A stretch of DNA of 64,000 bases, taken from the NCBI GenBank assembly GCA_964106645.2, contig OZ067039.1; one strand, written 5' to 3'. The translations under genes and the position numbers were made by a program. Within the stretch, counting starts at the first letter, position 1, and each line of letters begins with the position of its first letter. Shown piece by piece: positions 39,601-52,657 of this stretch. The notes below the pieces were generated by a model that saw nothing but the letters and a program-made list of their open reading frames with translations, had not been told where the DNA came from and made no database searches. The stretch is from Podarcis pityusensis. Taxonomy: Eukaryota.

Positions 39601-39735
39601 CAGGCATCCCCAAACTCGACCCTCCAGGTGTTTTGGGACTACAATCCCATCATCCCTGGCCATTGGTCCTGTTAGCTAGGGATGATGGGAGTTGTAGTCC
39701 CAAAACAGCTGGAGGGCCAGGTTTGGGGATGCCTT
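39601..39735. mobile_element. Palindromic hAT MITE
   Basis: TSD gtctaggc; long internal inverted repeat. Confidence 0.85.
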
Positions 39736-41827
39736 GTCTAGGCAAACCATGAGCAGTAAACCAAGGACAAACCTTGGTTACAAATTGTGATTTGTCTGGA
39801 GTACCCACGTTCAAATGAACAAGGTTTCATGGAACTGCTGTACAATCTGGTTTGGGCTAACTCATCCCATGACCAGTATTGTGTTGCATTTTCCCACTGC
39901 CATCAAGCCTCTTGATTTTGGGAAGATTAATAGGTTGGGTCCTTCTTTTTTCCTCCCTTGCCCCTCTCCCATTCTGTATTCAACACATTTTCTGTGCTTT
40001 CGAAAGAACTAGCAATCAGAGGTCATCTCTTCATGCGTCCAGTAGATGGCACACTTTTCTCAGCACAGCTTTGGATAACCAAAGGAACACCAGAGACATC
40101 TAAATTTAAAGCTGGGTGGAGGCTGTCCCAACCTTCTGCTTTTCTTCAGAAGAAAATTCTATCATTGATCCTTCTCGGGAGATAACATGCCCTTTTCTTG
40201 CTATATCATCTGGGCTAGCAACTAATCAAACTCTGCCATTTATTGCCTGCCTTACATTTTGGCAGGCATAGCTGCTGATGGACCTACTTGCCTTCTGAGT
40301 GCAAAATCATCACTGTTCCTCCCCTTGCAAGTAGCCCATCTTGATCCTTGTGCCCTTCAGTTTCTTCCAGGAAGGTTGCATGGGCAGGCTGCTTTCTGGT
40401 GATTAAACAATTTGCTGCTGCTGTGCTGTGATTGGCTAACATCTTCTTCTCTAGGGACATGGCCTCTGACCTCATGTCCTTGGAGAGACAATGATTGAGA
40501 GAGCTGAAGTGTGTGTGTGCCTTCAAATAGAGGACAATGCAGAATCCATCGGTTTCCTTTTCTCCCATGGAAGCCTGGATGAAAGATGACCTAAAACATG
40601 AAGGTTTTAGGAGAGTGATATATGTGCATTTTAATGGAGAGTTCTGGCAGGAAGGTCTTAATTTTGCATGCCATTGATGTCTGTAATGCAAAATGTAGTT
40701 GCTGCCTCAGATTCCTGTGTTGCTTTTTCCATTCATGCATCGAAAAGAACCAAGTTTCTAGTCCTTATGCTTGCTGACAGAAGTTACCTTTGAAAGCATT
40801 TGTGCAGCGTTTGCTAATCGCATGAAATCTTGTTGGGTTTTGAAGCGCATTCCACATTAAGTAGAAGATCAGGAGGTAAAACTGCTACTGGGCTGTGCAC
40901 TATTTCAGACTGTAGGAAAACGGGTAATAAATGTTAGGTTGCTCTCCGGTGTTGAAATGATATCTACACCTAGAAAACTAAAATTCTGAGGCAAAGGAGA
41001 TTGGGAATGCAATTCATTCAGTTACTTAACATCCCTAGAAAGAATCTGATTCCATCAGTATTTTGGAAACTGGTAGTTTCTGTAATCTCTTTGTCTCCTG
41101 TGGCTGTTCCTTACCAGTAATGCAATATTCTAGTATCCCACCCTAGTTCCACCCTACAATTTTTGCAAAAAGGCATCATCACAAAACCTCTAGACATGTG
41201 CCTGGAGGTCACCGTGACTTAAATTAATCGAGAAGAGTGTTTGATGGTTATATTGCCAGAAATCTTAGGAAGTAGGTAAGTGGTCAGATTGGGGTAATGC
41301 AGGCAACTGGTTTAACAAGTGGTTGCATGTACATGCTCTTCTAACTGGTTCCCCTAGTTTTTTTATTGACCAAACTGGAAAGCTCACTGAAAGCCAACCC
41401 CATGATTTAAATATCTCAAAAGAGGAAAAGTTGAGGGGAAAGCAAGAAAAAAGGCTTGTTCATTCCATGGAACCTATCATGTACTAAATCCAGGATTCAG
41501 CCATTCCTGTTTCCAGCTCTAAGGTGCCAGTGAAAAAAACAACATTATTTTATTATCTTAGCATAAACTATGCTAAAACCAGCTCTGTTCACTGCTAGCT
41601 GTACATGAGCTTGCTCCCATGCATTGAATGTGATGTCTATTGAGGCACCCCCTCTTCTTCCCCATACCAGGAAGCTTTACCTGTGCATCTTTTTCACCTG
41701 CCACCACTCATGTTCCTCTTAAATTCAAGAGAGTATTTTTTTTTCTTTAGAGAGCATCTTAAGTATACAGTATGCACCAGTACTGTAAAGAGGAGGTGCA
41801 AAGCAACATTTTGATTTTAGATACATA

Positions 41828-42342
41828 TTGTTGTTGTTGTTTAGTCGTTTAGTCGTGTCCGACTCTTCGTGACCCCATGGACCAGAGCACGCCAGCCACT
41901 TCTGTCTTCCACTGCCTCCCGCAGTTTGGTCAAACTCATGCTGGTAGCTTCGAGAACACTGTCCAACCATCTCGTCCTCTGTCGTCCCCTTCTCCTTGTG
42001 CCCTCAATCTTTCCCAGCATCAGGGTCTTTTCCAGGGAGTCTTCTCTTCTCATGAGGTGGCCAAAGTATTGGAGCCTCAGCTTCATGATCTGTCCTTCCA
42101 GTGAGCACTCAGGGCTGATTTCCTTAAGAATGGATAGGTTTGTCCTTCTTGCAGTCCATGGGACTCTCAAGAGTCTCCTCCAGCACCATAATTCAAAAGC
42201 ATCAATTCTTCGGCGATCAGCCTTCTTTATGGTCCAGCTCTCACTTCCATACATCACTACTGGGAAAACCATAGCTTTTACTATACGGATCTTTGTTGGC
42301 AAGGTGATGTCTCTGCTTTTTAAGATGCTGTCTAGGTTTGTC
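41828..42342 (-). mobile_element. BovB/RTE LINE, 5'-truncated
   Basis: ORF 41841..42302 (VKAMVFPVVMYGSESWTIKKADRRRIDAFELWCWRR...) is the RTE/BovB C-terminus; (CAA)n tail. Confidence 0.93.
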
Positions 42343-42416
42343 TAGATAGATATAGATAGAACCAAAAACAAGCTTTAAGCTGGAAAAAAAGTGTATGAGT
42401 GGGATCCCCAGTGTAG

Positions 42417-42769
42417 ATAAAGGTAAAGGATCCCTGGACATTTATGTCCAGTTGAATTTGACTATGGGGTGTGGTACCAGCATTTGTCCATAGGCAGCTT
42501 TTCTGGGTCATGTGGCCAGCATGACTAAACCACTTCTGGTGCAACGGGACACCGTGACGGAAGCCAGAGTGCATGGAAACGACGTTTACGTTCTCGCTGC
42601 AGCAGTCCCTATTTATCTACTCACACTGGTATGCTTTCAAACTGCTAGGTTGGCAGGAATTGGGACAAAGCAACGGGAGCGCACCCCCTCATGCAGATTC
42701 GAACTGCTGACCTTACGATGTGCAAGCCCATGAGGCTCAGTGATTTAGACCACAGCGCCACCACGTCCC
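42417..42769 (-). mobile_element. Sauria SINE (more diverged)
   Basis: Homologous to the other copies, with taaaggtaaagg tail. Confidence 0.75.
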
Positions 42770-43428
42770 TTACCTCAGTGTGGCACCCATGGGTGCCAGA
42801 GTGCCCCTTGCTGCTCCTGACTTTTTTGACATTACAGGGTATTTTTCCCCCTGGTCAGGTGGGTTAGAGGCAAAAAAAAGAGAGGCTTTTTAAAATCACT
42901 GTCTGATGTTCTGATGTCTGATGAATCACTGGGACATGTTGTGGTGCTACCCATGACATATTTCCCCTGGTCCAAAAAGGTTGGAGGAGTCTGGTGTATG
43001 GGATATAGAAGGGAGGAGATTCTGGTGCAACCCCAGCTCCATTGGAAAGGAGCAGTTCTTTTACAGCTACTGCAGCAGCAGCCCCCAACCCTATTCCAGG
43101 ATTGCTTTTTGCTCTTTTAGCAGTGGGGAAATGGGCAAAGTTTCCTGTTTCCTCCCACCCTGGAGGTGAAATTGACAACGGGTTTATCCAAGAACTCTAC
43201 AGAAGAAGAGAGCAGGACAGAAGCAAAAGGGGATAGCGAAGCTGGATGGCAGAAAGGCAAGCAGGTAACAGAGAGAGGTAGGGTTTACACACAGTCAGTC
43301 ACCAGCCCTATCAAGGATTGCAACCTCCAGACCACATGAGGCAGAAGCATTATATGAGTTCGTGCCTGAAAGGACTCTTCTGCAATTGCGATGGAAGCTC
43401 AAAAATAAATAAAATCTACAGTTTTTAA

Positions 43429-43777
43429 GGGACGCGGGTGGTGCTGTGGGTTAAACCACATAGCCTAGGACTTGCCGATCAGAAGTCGGCGGTTCGAATC
43501 CCCGCTACGGGGTGAGCTCCCGTTGCTCGGTCCCTTCTCCTGCCAACCTAGCAGTTCGAAAGCACATCAAAGTGCAAGTAGATAAATAGGTACCGCTCCT
43601 GCGGGAAGGTAAATGGCATTTCCGTGTGCTGCTCTGGTTCGCCAGAAGCGGCTTAGTCATGCTGGCCACATCACCCGGAAGCTGTACGCCGGCTCCCTCG
43701 GCCAATAAAGCGAGATGAGTGCCGCAACCCCATAGTCAGCCATGACTGGACCTAATGGTCAGGGGTCCCTTTACCTT
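43429..43777 (+). mobile_element. Sauria SINE
   Basis: TSD tacagtttttaa at 43417 and 43778; ACCTTT tail. Confidence 0.9.
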
Positions 43778-45592
43778 TACAGTTTTTAAAGACTGGAGTG
43801 ATGCTTATATAAGGACAGGAATGCAACAGTTCGGGAGAGGTGTCATTTGGGCTATTGTAAATCAATGGTTCCCATGCCAGATAAAAAGACTAGTGTGGTT
43901 TCTCGACCACCATTCAGTCTGGCCCCTTTGACATTGCTGCTCCCCACCCCACCCTTTTAGTCTTGTAACTACCATCCATTGTGCATCTTTTTTCTCACAT
44001 GCTCATAGCAGCACAACCTGCCCCTTGCAAGAGCAGGAATAGCTACCATGATGCCCTCTAGGGGTTGCAGACTCTCAACTCTCGCCATTCCTGGCCACTG
44101 ACCATGCTGCTGGGAGTTGAGAGGGAACCATGTCCTGCCTTTCAGCCTTTTCAGTTGATGCCATTTCTTGCTGCTATCTTCTGATGGCTAAACCAGGTTT
44201 TAAGAACATGGATTGATAATGACCACCGTTCTTGTTTCTTCGATATTCGCATTCATCTAACCTTGCAGACAATTTGACAAAAGTTACTATGCAGCAACAA
44301 TACTTACTGGTCTGCTTGCCTTTTTTCTTCTTCCTTTTTTGCATACTCCTGCGAGCCGTTTTTGGCTCTTCCAACTTTAACAAGAAATTCCCTGCCTGGC
44401 TGCCTGGAGGCAATTCCTACTTGTTATAGGCAGAGTGGCTGTTTTTGCAAGCCAGCATTAATCCCAGCATCGATAGGCCATATGTTCTCCTGCGCTGCTT
44501 TACGACGAGCGCTTCATTGGCGGCTGCCTTAACAATGCACTTATTGCTAATATTTAACAAAGAGCATCCTTTCTTGTCCTACCTGCTCACTGCCTCGCTC
44601 TGTCTGTATTCTGTACTCTTTTGTTCAGAACAGAATTCTCTCTCCCTCCCTCTCTTTCCTTGCAGCTCATGCAGCGAAAATTGCCTGGCTTGGTTCCCTA
44701 ATCCCAGCCCTTGAAATAACAATATTAAACACTCTTGGTAACCCTTCTGGTCAGCTCTCCCCATTCCTGCCCCCTCCCTGGCTGTGGAATGTTATGCCAT
44801 ACTCCAGTGGGTTTTGAACAGCGGTGCCAATCTCTTTGGGTGGTGCTGGCTGGGCAAGTGTTGGAGTTCTCAGCAGAATATAAATTGGTGGTGGGGGGTG
44901 CTTTAATCTGCCAGGCAAAAAAAGGACCCTTTGAGATTCTCTGCTCATTGCTAATATGCTAAGAATCTGAGAACAAGAATCTTTAGGTGTTTCCAGTGAC
45001 TTAGTTTTTTTTTTTTTAAAGGCTTGATTGTAATTAGCATAATGAGTTCTGACTTTTATTTTTGCATGGATGGATAGGGAGGAGGGAGGCAGGGAAAGCG
45101 TTGCAAAATGACCCATTGATTCTTTTTTTCAAAAATAAAATAAAATAGAATAAACAAGGCTAAGAAAACTCTCCTTTTCCAGGCTGGACCAGCTGGAAGG
45201 TAAACATTTCTCTTCATGCTGTGCTAAGAAATCACATTTTCCGTCTCTAGGATTTGGGGGGGGGGGGGGGCGAGAGAAGTGTTACATGTCAATTGATTTA
45301 TTAACAAGCTGAAGCCCAGGCGCAAAGGACCCCCCTCTTCTGTACAGAATGTAAAGACGTATCTTTTGGCTTTTGCAATACTTGCCTTGTTTTAAAAGGA
45401 AGGTCAGGTTCATGTCCACGCCTGCCTCTCAATGGTTAGCTGTGTTAAGCTGCAGAGGGGTGTGTGACTGTGTTTATTCATAAGTGTCAAACGACTAGAC
45501 CTGTCACCGCTAAGCAACTGTAACAACAAAAATGTTGAGGAAAATCCTTTCCTTGGATTTACCGAAGCATGCCTCACCTGTTTAGCAAGTAC

Positions 45593-45629
<37 letters not shown>

Positions 45630-47489
45630 GGGAGAGTGAGCGCACTTATACATGAATGTACAACTTGCATTTGACTGGCTAAAGCAGATTAAAGCACATG
45701 GATTATTTCGTAGCAAACTGCTAACAGCTTCTTCTTCTTCCTTTTTGCCATTCCCATTTTAAATTAAGCTGTTTATCCTCTTTGCATCACTTATAGTAGC
45801 TAACAAACCTTTTTAGTGGAGGAATCGTTGGCCATGCTTCTGTACCAGAATCCTGAAAATATCAAGCTCTTTGTTGCTTAAATATATTGGAATATGTTGT
45901 ATAGATTAAAATATGCAAAGTAGGCGAAATTGCATCAGTTTCACTGAATGGCTCTTTTGGGCCAGTCACTGACTGGAATGTATATTGGGCTAGAGGGGCA
46001 ACAAAACAACAAAACAACAAAACAGCAACAAAAAAGAGGAGTGGGGAAATGTGCAAAATGGACACTTCCTGCCTGCTAATGTGCCACATGATCACCTCTG
46101 GCATCTCTCTATTATTAGCAGACTGTATTTTAAGAATCATGGCTAATGAGGACATGCATTTTCTCTCTAAATTAAAAATTAGGAGGCCTATCAGAACTGG
46201 TGTAATATAAAAAGACTTTGTGTATTAACGGATTCCATGCTGTGCATAGCTGAACACTGGCCAGGCAGATTCAGAGGAATATCTAACCTCCACTTCAGGC
46301 ACAGCCCTGGCTGTGAAATTGCCCTGGAAATTGTCTCTTTTCTCTCTTCCCTTCCTCTCCCTTTTAATATGTTGGAAATGAAGTGGGGTTCTACAAAGGA
46401 TCTCTCACTCACACACACAACTGTGTCCTTGTGTTGAGCCAGAGCAGTAAGGGAGCTCGCCTTTAATGCAATGATAGGGTTTCTAGAACGAGCTATAATC
46501 CTGACCTTTTCTATTTCCTATTTTATTGTTATTAAGCGTCCCACTAAAGGAGTGTGCTGTACTAAACATGGTTTAGTACACAACTGGGTTGAGTACACAA
46601 CTGGGTATTTTCATCTTGGATCAAAATGCCAAACAAAATAACTTGTCTGAATCCTGTTTTGTGTGTGCACGCTCACGTGTGCACACATGCACAATTTTGG
46701 ATTCTCTGAGAGAAGAGTAAAGGTCTGATACGAAAGTTTCCCATATAGCATTAGCATGGATACTGAAAATGACTGACATTGCTGCAAGCATCACTCAAAA
46801 GGGCTTTTGTTTTCTATTTCCCCACTATTTGATGAGGAGCAGATGCCAGCACAGACAAAATATAAACAGTCTGGGCTTTGAATATCTCCGTAATCCATTT
46901 TTAAGAGAGGAATATCTGTTAACCGATAAACTCAGAAGAATTATTAGCTTATATATATATAGATTGTTGAATCCGCTACCTAACGTTGCATGGAAATTTC
47001 ATGTAAGCATTGCTCCCCCCCACCTTCCATCTTTTCCATTGTGCGTAGCTAGGCAAATTTGTCTGTAGCAGGAATGTTCCTAATGCAGTCCCTAGTGACC
47101 TTTGTGGCCATGATTGGCAGGCTGCTGTCAAGGTAGAACTTTTGCCTCAGTGGTGGGAAGGAGCAGAACAAATGCCAGAGGACAGCTCCAGCTCCCTTGG
47201 GGAACTGGGCTAAAAAGGTGAAAGAATCGCAATTACAGGAGGTTTTCTAGCACAGAAAGTTAATTAGCTACTTAAATAGCATTTAGTGGCACTTGCTAGG
47301 GGGAAATGGACACATAACAAAGGTCTGTGTGCATGTGCATGAGAGAGAGAGAGAAGGAGGGAGGGACCCATGCCAACATTCTGGCATTGGGGGCTACAAC
47401 ATTTCCAGAAGTCAGTCTTTCTCAAGAATAATGGGACGTACTTGGTTAGTGGAAGGAAAGGGAATTTAGACTTTGCTACAGTCCTGGAC

Positions 47490-47933
47490 TGGATGCGGGT
47501 GGTGTCCCAGTATCATGTTAGCAATGAAAGAATGCACCTATTGATGCCTTTGTCCTTGGAACAGTTAGCTTTTAGGTGCAGTCTAACGATACAGCTAGGG
47601 TTGCGGGTGGCACTGTGGGTTAAACCACAGAGCCTAGGACTTGCCGATCAGAAGGTTGGTGGTTCGAATCCCTGTGACGGGGTGAGCTCCCGTTGCTCGG
47701 CCCCTGCCAACCTTCGAAAGCACGAAGTGCAAGTAGATAAATAGGTACCACTCCGGCGGGAAGGTAAATGGTGTTTGCATGCGCTGCTCTGGTCCGCCAG
47801 AAGCGGCTTAGTCATGCTGGCCACATGAACCGGAAGCTGTACGCCGGCTCCCTCGACCACTAAAACGAGATGAGCGCCACAATCCCAGAGTCGTCCACGA
47901 CTGGACCTAACGGTCAGGGGTCCCTCTACCTTT
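47490..47933 (+). mobile_element. Chimeric Sauria SINE containing a 93-bp copied flank (47505-47597)
   Basis: TSD tacag(t/g)cctggac at 47477 and 47934; see findings. Confidence 0.85.
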
Positions 47934-48738
47934 TACAGGCCTGGACAAACAAAAATTGAAGATGCAATCGCCTTCATTTTTGTCTAAAGAATATTGCACT
48001 TAAGGTAAAACAAGGGATGTGCAGTTTCTCCTCAATCCCTGCTCTCCACCTAGATTTTATATTAGAAGTTCTTTGAAGCAGGAGCCTGTGTTTTTGCTTA
48101 ATCTGGAAAGTGGTGTATGCATGCTGGTGGTTCTATAGACATAAGTCTAATCTTTGAATTTGAAATTCTGCCGCAGAGCTGTTGTCCTATTGCTGAATCT
48201 AGTGGGGTTTTTGCTGTTGTAGAAATATCTAATCCACTTTCAAAACAAAAATAAAACTGCAAAATGCAGCAGTCAGTTCCAGAATTTAAATTGTAGGTGT
48301 TTTTTTTAAAAAAAGTTTTCTTAAATTTTCACTTCCAGAAATTTCAATTTAAATTGTTGAACAGGCAGAGAAATCTAGGCCTGCATTTGGAGGTGGAGCT
48401 CTTAATATCATGGCTTGTTGCCTTGTATGGCTGGTCAGCAGATCAGCGTAGACAAAGGAGGAAGCCAAGATGTAGATGCTTTGATGAGCTTATTATTTGG
48501 TGTGACTGCTAACAGAAAGGCCCGCAAAGCAAGGAGGCACAGAAGGAGCCCCTTGGAATTGGCTTAGTGTTTCAAAGCGGGCACGATACAGCACCACACA
48601 CAATTACCCCGACTCCAGTGGAAGATTTGCCACTGGCTTCATTTCAAGCTTCACTAGATACTAGATTATGATTTTTAATTGCTTTATTTAGACCCTGAGA
48701 CTGAAAGCGAATCCTTTCATTCAGCTTTTGCTCTAGAT

Positions 48739-49534
48739 CAGGGGTGGCCAACTCCCAAGAGACTGCGATCTACTCTCAGAAGTAAAAACTGGCAGTGATC
48801 TACCCCTTTTTTTGGGGGGGGGGTTCAGGTCAAAATTGTTGAGCTTTTTTTAGGGAGGAGGAAACCCCCGATTATTCAAAATACAAGCCTAAGCTCAAGG
48901 GAAAAAGGGGAACAACCACTCAGCAACAGATCACTGCGGGGAAACAAACAAACAAACAGCCTCCCTAAGTAAACTCCGTCTTCCATTATGCAGATCGTGC
49001 AGCAATGGAGGCCGGGACAAGGGGGCAGGGCTGGAATCTATTTTACCAACACTAAGGAAAGGGATTGCCAAAGAATTGATGCTTTTGAATTATGGTGATG
49101 GAGGAGACTCTTGAGAGTCCCATGGACTGCAAGAAGAACAAACATCCATTCTTAAGGAAATCAGCCCTGAGTGCTCACTGGAAGGACAGATCGTGAAGCT
49201 GAGGCTCCAATACTTTGGCCACCTCATGAGAAGAGAAGACTCCCTGGAAAAGACCCTGATGTTGGGAAAGATTGAGGGCACAAGGAGAAGGGGACGACAG
49301 AGGACGAGATGGTTGGACAGTGTTCTCGAAGCTACCAGCATGAGTTTGACCAAACTGCGGGAGGCAGTGGAAGACAGAAGTGCTTGGCGTGCTCTGGTCC
49401 ATGGGGTCACGAAGAGTCGGACACGACTAAACAACAACAACAACAAAGGAAAGGGATCCAGCAATCAACTGTGATCTACCAAAACCTCATGGGGATCTAC
49501 CAGTAGATCGTGATCGACCTGTTGGACATCCCTG
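48739..49534. mobile_element. hAT non-autonomous element hosting a BovB insertion
   Basis: TSD ctctagat at both sides; CAGGGGTGGCCAAC...GTTGGACATCCCTG TIRs. Confidence 0.85.
49066..49445 (+). mobile_element. BovB/RTE LINE 3' fragment
   Basis: KLRLQYFGHLMRREDSLEKTLMLGKIEG; (CAA)n tail; TSD aaggaaagggat. Confidence 0.92.
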
Positions 49535-51103
49535 CTCTAGATTGCTAAACTACATGGTTGTCCCTTATGCACATAACAGGAAAATCAACAATGGCACATC
49601 TTTATCCATGGGTCTCTGTGTTAGGCACAGTACCACATAAACACAAAAAAACTAGGTTCCAATGCCTGTTCTCATTGTACCCAGGCAGATACCTATGGGA
49701 AACCCGCAAGCAGAACCCAAGCACAAGAGCACTTTCCTCTCCTGTGGCTTCCAGCTACTGGTATTTGTTCTAGCAGAACAAACAGAAATTATATATGAGT
49801 TATGTACACTTCTTTTAATGAGTTACCAACTACAGGAGCATCACGACCTGGTTAAAACCTAGATTACGACTGTTAAATTACACAACTCATTTTCATTGCC
49901 AATGTGGGAGTTGAATGCCCAATATGATATCTGGTTTTAGATGTAAATATAGGTCCCTGTGGTCAGTCCTCAGTCTAATTGGATATACTTGTAATTATGT
50001 CCTGCATCTTATTTTATAAGTGGATGTTGTCAAATTAGTACGTTAATTATCATGTGATGATGTAAGCACTATGGTATAAGGATTGCCTAAACTAAAAGGA
50101 AACTGTATTCACACCATCCTTTGAAGGAACTCCTGAGAGTCAACAGATACTTCCAAAGGGTCCTTGGCCAGCAACGAAGAAAACATCTGAATGACTTACC
50201 AGCTACTTTGAATATGGAATCTTTGCAAACTGAGAAAGTTAGCTTAATTGATGTAGCAGCACAGACTAGTTTGGAGTGAGTAAGCTGCCCCTATCCTTCA
50301 CAGCTTCCATGGTCACTTTTTAATTTTTAAATTTTTAATAATGTTCTTTGTTTTGGAAGGTAGTTGAACCCTAGCCTTGAAATACTTTTGGGGAAAATTC
50401 AGTATGTATCCTTCACCCCAACTCTTCTGTTGGGCTCCCCAAGGAAGTAAGCTCTTCTCTTACCTTCACCTGTCTTCTTCAGTCTTTCTGACAAAAGGCA
50501 GATCACCAGTTCTTCCATGGTTACCTAACAAAACAGGATTCTGGGCCTATTTTTTGCTTGTTTGGACCAAGTTAACTGCTCTTTCCAGTATGCAATCTGC
50601 TCAGTCTCGCAGCTGCTTTGGGAGTCAAGATGGTGGTTTCCCCAGGGCATTCAGAATGAAATAAGATTTGAGTTTTAAGTTTCCAGAAATCTTGAGGACT
50701 TGTGGGTAGTGGATTTTAAAAAGATGGACCTGTGCAGGAACAGCTGTTACGCTATTTCCACTCCCCACCTAGCTAGTCGCTGAGCTGCTGTTCTGTGCCA
50801 GAATGTTCAACAGATGTGTTGATTTTGCTTCTGTCTGTTGCATAGTTTTGATAATAGGTGCACTTTCTGTGAGACGGAAGTCATTTTGGAATAAGGAAAA
50901 CCTCTTTTTTATGGGGCAGAAATGGTGGAGCTGAGGTGGGGGGTAACGGGGTGAGAGAGCTTGGGAGGCAGGAGACCCAAGAAACGGAGAGCCCAAACAG
51001 CTGTGAATTACTTATCTATGATCACTGAAGATGTGCAAATAAAAGAACTTAAAAGCAAATTTGGAGATGGTTAGAATATTTCTGTTTAAAGAATTAGCAT
51101 GTA

Positions 51104-51356
51104 CAGTGGTACCTCTGGTTGCGAGCAGGGATCCGTTCTGGAGCCCCGTTCGCAACCTGAAAGGAGCGCAACCTGCATCTGCGCACGCGCTGGTTGGGAT
51201 TCGCTGCTTCTGCGCATGCGCGTGATGTCATTTTGCGTGTCTGCGCATGCACAAGCGGCGAAACCCGGAAGTAACCCTTTCTGGTACTTTCGGGTCGTTG
51301 CAGGATGCAACCTGAAAACATGCAACCTGAAGCAAACATAACATGAGGTATGACTG
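51104..51356 (-). mobile_element. Tc1/mariner MITE family B
   Basis: TA|CAGTGGTACCTC...GAGGTATGACTG|TA. Confidence 0.8.
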
Positions 51357-51401
51357 TATTTAAATTTGAAATGTTTCTGGTAGTAGATCATTGGGCTCTA
51401 C

Positions 51402-51457
<56 letters not shown>

Positions 51458-52505
51458 CAGACAGAGAAACTGACTTCAAGCTGTATTGCTGAACTTGGTC
51501 TCTCCTGCACATCAGGGGAGGGGGCTCTGTTAACAATGGAGCCCTCAGCTTGGCTGTCTAGGGAATGTGTATTGGAATGCAATGACCCAAACCACTGGTG
51601 AATGCTAAAAATAAGGCTCTTCCAGTGGTCTAGTTCAGTCTGTGGCCCTGGTTTGGGGGGCACTGTTTTCAGGATAGGAAAGCATGCTGGTGGGGATGTT
51701 CTGCACAGGCATGCTGAGTGTGTGATTTCTTCAGCGTTCAGTGCCTACATTGTTCAATAAGCGGATTAGAAAACACTGCATAAAGTGGCTTTTCAGGGGG
51801 CTGCTTTTATACCTGCTCCTTGCCTTGTTTTGCAAACCATGATTTCACAGTAGAGCCCATTCAGGCTGTTCAAATGGATTGGCCTTTTCAAGATCTCAGA
51901 GGTCACAGTTTCAGATTCACTTATTTCCCAGAGCACTGCTGTTTTTCTTGGGGCAGGAGGGAGGATGATTTCATAGGGGAGGGAAGGAGTTACTTTCTGA
52001 AATCCGGACCCTATTTGGGGGGCAATATATCTCCTGAGTTCAGTTGCTTAACATGCCGAAAAGCTTTGTCTGGCTTGTTGTCCCTAGTATTTTGTGGTTA
52101 AACAGCTGTGCAGCCACTTTGTCTAAAAATGAGATGTGTGATGCTACCAGCTGAGTTTCTATGTGGTATCGTATTTTGCATTCCTAGAGTAAGGGTGCTG
52201 AAATCCTGTTCCTTGACTATTCGTTTGAGGGAAATATGCCACGATATAAGCAGGGAGTTATTCTTACATTTGAAATGGTTCCTCTAAAGGGTTAGTGTGT
52301 CTTCTGATTTGCATATATTTCAATTTGAGATGTGATGGGAAGTAGGTGGTTTTTGTCTGCAGAATGTATACATGCAGACTATGGAATTTCATTCCTGTTA
52401 TTTCTGGAGAAATGTGGCCAATGTCACTACCAAACATTTCTCTGTGATTAAAGGACCTAAAGCCCTTTCCCTTCCAAGGTTCTTTTTCTACCACAGAATA
52501 GCCAG

Positions 52506-52657
52506 TAGAATCATAGAATCATAGAGTTGGAAGGGACCCTGAGTGTCATCTAGTCCAGCCCTCTTCAATGCAGGAATATGCAGCTGTCTCATACGGGGAT
52601 CGAACCTGTAACCTTGGCATTATCAGCACCACGCTCTAACCAACTGAGCTATCCATA
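52506..52657 (-). mobile_element. tRNA-Ile-derived SINE with CR1-type tail
   Basis: Minus strand reads GGATAGCTCAGTTGGTTAGAGCGTGGTGCTGATAATGCC...GGTTCGATCCCCGTA followed by a CR1 3' end (ATTCTATG)n. Confidence 0.8.

Noticed and set aside
41869-42345. 158-aa plus-strand ORF and the similar ORF at 49090
   Set aside because: Antisense frames of BovB fragments.
42937-43827. Possible solo LTR around the 43.4-kb SINE
   Set aside because: TG/CA ends and AATAAA are present but no matching TSD was found; not supportable without a repeat library.
52585-52657. tRNA-Ile(GAT) gene
   Set aside because: Acceptor stem is degenerate, it is fused to a CR1-type tail, and a second diverged copy lies at 29969, so it is a SINE head.
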